Origin: Gammaproteobacteria bacterium
GTDB lineage: Bacteria; Pseudomonadota; Gammaproteobacteria; JBCCGL01
NCBI GenBank assembly: GCA_965277715.1
Contig: OZ255836.1
Location: 4,000,001 to 4,064,000, forward strand
Length of the DNA: 64,000 bases
Direction of reading: 5' to 3'
Shown: piece by piece, positions 61,331 to 64,000 of the stretch
Numbering within the stretch: the first letter of the stretch is position 1
Layout of the letters: every line of letters starts with the position of its first letter
Notes under the pieces: model-generated
Database searches by the model: none
Told to the model about the DNA's origin: nothing
Seen by the model: only the letters and a program-made list of their open reading frames with translations
Program-made: the position numbers and the translations under genes

Positions 61331-61891
61331 ATGAATTTTTTGATAAAGATGATTATTGGTATTGGCTTCATTATTTTAGTTTCGGGTTGCTCCAAAACTG
61401 AAGCTGCAATTGACTGTGATGTTCCAGAAGTTATCGAAGGGCATCACGACTATAATAAGTTTGTATGCATTGGAGTCGAACAGGTACAGGAGCAAAAATA
61501 CGAAAAAGCTATTAAGTCATTTGAGGCTGCCCTTGCTTTACACTTGTTCGAGACTCCTAACTTTGAATTATTCCCTCAATTAGCTTGGGCCTACTTTAAA
61601 GCAGGTGATCTTAAAAAGGCTGAGGATAACTTAGAGAAGGCTGAGTTATCACTTTCTGTATTTACTGGAATACTAGAGTGTGGAGAAAGTGAAGGTGGGT
61701 TTTATCTACACGATCAAAATGGTGTTCGCCGCACTGGAAAAATTAACGATGAAGTCACTGCCATAATGTGCGGGGCTGCTTACGATTATATTTATGAACG
61801 TCAATCTCTTGAACGTGTGCTACTAGAAGCAGGAATTGTAAAACGTTATTTTGATGTGAAACAGCGAATCGAAGAAATAGCCAGTAAGTGA
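61331..61891 (+). CDS. Lipoprotein with TPR-like helices; candidate Rhs immunity protein
   Basis: Lipobox LVSGC; YEKAIKSFEAAL and LAWAYFKAGDLKKA; AT-rich; starts 10 bp after the rhs stop. Confidence 0.75.
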   Translation: MNFLIKMIIGIGFIILVSGCSKTEAAIDCDVPEVIEGHHDYNKFVCIGVEQVQEQKYEKAIKSFEAALALHLFETPNFELFPQLAWAYFKAGDLKKAEDNLEKAELSLSVFTGILECGESEGGFYLHDQNGVRRTGKINDEVTAIMCGAAYDYIYERQSLERVLLEAGIVKRYFDVKQRIEEIASK

Positions 61892-61898
61892 TCTATGC

Positions 61899-62012
61899 TT
61901 ATTCAATCTGCTCGGTCGTCAACACCAAACAGCCATCCATCACCCTGATCTTAACGGGCGTATTCATATCAAATCCCGCGTCTCTCAGCCAGTGACCTTT
62001 AATATTGATCCA
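61899..62012 (-). pseudogene. symE: SymE family toxin fragment
   Basis: WINIKGHWLRDAGFDMNTPVKIRVMDGCLVLT; no start codon; 5' end abuts a GGACAGGCA motif. Confidence 0.75.
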
Positions 62013-62128
62013 GAACGAAAAATAGGACAGGCACTATATAGAAATATAGTAAGCGCCCAATGGCACTAAGAAGAAAAGCAGAAAAGGGGTCAGGCTAGTT
62101 ATTTAGTATAAACAAAGTATTTTTTGTT

Positions 62129-62155
62129 AAAGCCTCGTATACCGGAGGCTTTTTT
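62129..62155 (+). terminator. Rho-independent terminator
   Basis: AAAGCCTC-N8-GAGGCTTT followed by T run. Confidence 0.6.
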
Positions 62156-62287
62156 ATTGGCTTATGTAGCGTGCCACTTTCTGATCGTATAAATCCCCAA
62201 ATTATCTATCATAGTATTTTTCGAAAAAGGGGTCAGGCTAGTTATTTACTATTTAAAAGATGAAAGTAGAAATAGGACAGGCACTAT

Positions 62288-62384
62288 AGGTCACTGACAA
62301 CGGCCAACATACCCGGCATCAACACTACATCTATGCTGCAGGCAATCGGGTCGCCAGCCACAGCGTTTCCAGCAAGGAGGGTGT
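62288..62384 (+). pseudogene. 97-bp fragment of a paralogous rhs core
   Basis: Aligns without gaps to 59816-59912 with 6 mismatches, 5 of them synonymous. Confidence 0.9.
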
Positions 62385-62922
62385 TAACGAAAAAGGGGTC
62401 AGGCTAGTTATTTACTATTTAAAAGGAAAAATAGGACAGGCACTATATAGAAATATGCAAGGACATCCCGAGAAATTGGAAATAGCGCCCAGGATAGTCA
62501 AACCTGATTTTTTTACTTACTTAGGGGGTTATTCGGTGTAATGATCCAGTTATTGAGCCTTGTTTTAATGAAAAATATTTTTTCAGGCAAATGTAGCGTG
62601 CCACTTTCTGATCGTATAAATCCCCAAATTATCTATCATAGTATTTTTCAGTTTTTCGGCGTTTTTGCCACATTCCGATCATAATAAAAAATACTTTTAC
62701 CGCATTAAAATCTGACGTTTTACCCATCCATATTATACCCGTACGATAACCTCGGCTGACCACGATACTCTCGTAGGTTGCCCTTTATGATGTCATGGGT
62801 TAACTTGTAACAGGGAGCACATAGCCCCCTGTTACGATAGATGTCGCAAACAACGTTTCTCTAAGAGTTGATGCTATTTTCACTGTCCGAAAAGGATAAG
62901 GTGGGTATCCTGGTTCTCTCCC

Positions 62923-63729
62923 TTACGCCACTTGCTGTTTGATTAATTCTTCATGAGAGCGCCAATGGGGTTGTACCAACACATTGTTGACATAACTGAT
63001 TGTCACGATTTTTTTGGTTTCTCTACAAGCTTCGATAAGACTGCCATAACACAGATTGCGGCAGAGCCGTAAGTTTCCCTGTGCTGAACGTACGATCAGC
63101 TCGATAGCGGCGCTATCAAAGGTATTAATGCCCATCCTAACCGCTTCCAACTCTTTGATGATATAACGTTCCAGGTCATCGTCATTGAGCGGGGATATAT
63201 TTTCAGAATAAGTAATACGACTCTTGATATCCTGGTTTACATTCATAGACAGGTAATACAATAAATCCCGCTGTCCAAACAGTATCAGGTTATGTTTTTT
63301 CGGAAAACGTTCAAACAATAACCTTAGCTTTCGCAACACTAGCATGTCCAATAAATGCGCTTCATCAATCAGGATATAAAGCGTTTTTCGATCCCGGATA
63401 TGATTAAATGCGCTGATGATTAATTCCTTTTCCAAGTCTTTAACAGCGACCTCAATTTTAAACGACTCCGCCAGTTGTTTGAGAATATTGAGGTAAGTAT
63501 GCAAAGTGCGTGAGCAGGATACAACCGTGATGTTGCGTTCTTTTTGCAGATTTTCAATATGCTCAAACAGTACGCTTTTACCGACACCAGGTTTGCCGAT
63601 AACGACAGAGAAACCCCCTTGCTGGGAGTGAATCTTGATGATATCAAGGATCTTCTTCTGTTGGGGCAATAGTGTCAAGTCACGCCGATTAAAGGGTTCT
63701 TTGGTGAGTCCGAAGATGGATTTAATCAT
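62923..63729 (-). CDS. ExeA-like AAA ATPase (transposition helper)
   Basis: FGLTKEPF, Walker A GKPGVGKS, Walker B ILIDEAH, GNLR. Confidence 0.85.
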   Translation of the reverse strand: MIKSIFGLTKEPFNRRDLTLLPQQKKILDIIKIHSQQGGFSVVIGKPGVGKSVLFEHIENLQKERNITVVSCSRTLHTYLNILKQLAESFKIEVAVKDLEKELIISAFNHIRDRKTLYILIDEAHLLDMLVLRKLRLLFERFPKKHNLILFGQRDLLYYLSMNVNQDIKSRITYSENISPLNDDDLERYIIKELEAVRMGINTFDSAAIELIVRSAQGNLRLCRNLCYGSLIEACRETKKIVTISYVNNVLVQPHWRSHEELIKQQVA

Positions 63730-64000
63730 GGGTTAGCGCCTTTTTTCTGAGGTTAGCATTATAGTGGAGATTCAGTACTGTGGCGTCCCCCATACGTGTG
63801 TCAGCAAAATAGACCACAAAACGATCTCGCTTAGTCCGGTCATAACGCACCTGGATGGTTTTTTCCCGCAAATCCACCGGGCATTCGTATTTTTGTGAGT
63901 TGATAGAAAAGACATTGGTTTTACTGACTTTGCGATTTTCTTGGATAAAGAAAACCTCTTCGGTGTACTCATCGTCAGTGAGGAAATGGATACGGCTATG
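63722..64000 (-). CDS. C-terminus of a DDE transposase/integrase (Mu transposase C-terminal-like), partial
   Basis: Open frame from the window edge: ..RKVSKTNVFSINSQKYECPVDLREKTIQVRYDR..; stop overlaps the ATPase start. Confidence 0.7.
   Translation of the reverse strand, partial: HSRIHFLTDDEYTEEVFFIQENRKVSKTNVFSINSQKYECPVDLREKTIQVRYDRTKRDRFVVYFADTRMGDATVLNLHYNANLRKKALTHD

Larger units (their letters stand above)
62018..62548. repeat. Mosaic of motif A (AAATAGGACAGGCACTATA x3) and motif B (GAAAAGGGGTCAGGCTAGTTATTTA x3) with intervening fragments
   Basis: A near 62020, 62270 and 62429; B near 62081, 62223 and 62389. Confidence 0.9.
62592..64000 (-). mobile_element. Downstream end of a DDE (Mu/IS21/Tn552-like) transposon with AAA helper; runs off the window
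   Basis: Terminal TGT at 62592, two TGCCAC(T/A)TTC(T/C)GATC(G/A)TA sites at 62599 and 62666; transposase and ATPase genes point toward this end. Confidence 0.7.

Noticed and set aside
62018-62548. CRISPR array
   Set aside because: Two different non-palindromic motifs, irregular spacing and no cas genes
62923-63729. Type II secretion ExeA
   Set aside because: Short, lacks membrane and peptidoglycan-binding parts, and is coupled to a transposase C-terminus

Overview
Chromosomal window from a gammaproteobacterium (rsd, lgt-thyA-folA, tRNA-Glu, cmoAB, mnmD, ugd) with several accessory blocks. These are: a GC-richer catabolic operon (7.4-12.8 kb); a truncated HUH/Y1 (RAYT-type) transposase with vapBC between GGACAGGCA motifs (12.8-14.2 kb); a cyclase / cNMP-binding / HD-hydrolase set beside three glycosyltransferases, a deacetylase, a phosphatase and a degenerate ABC exporter (25-36 kb); a peptide uptake and hydrolysis operon (38-48 kb); and a 2418-aa signal-peptide Rhs/TcB-like toxin. 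The toxin has ~8 near-identical 180-bp repeats, a helical insert, a LECT2-like M23 tip and a downstream lipoprotein that is a candidate immunity protein. After it lies a mosaic of short DNA fragments (symE, rhs core, transposon end) joined at the same GGACAGGCA motif and at a GGGGTCAGG motif, then the end of a DDE/AAA transposon. Five copies of an IS1380-like MITE are scattered through the window; three have 5-bp target duplications. All calls are from reading the sequence and from remembered family motifs; no database searches were run.
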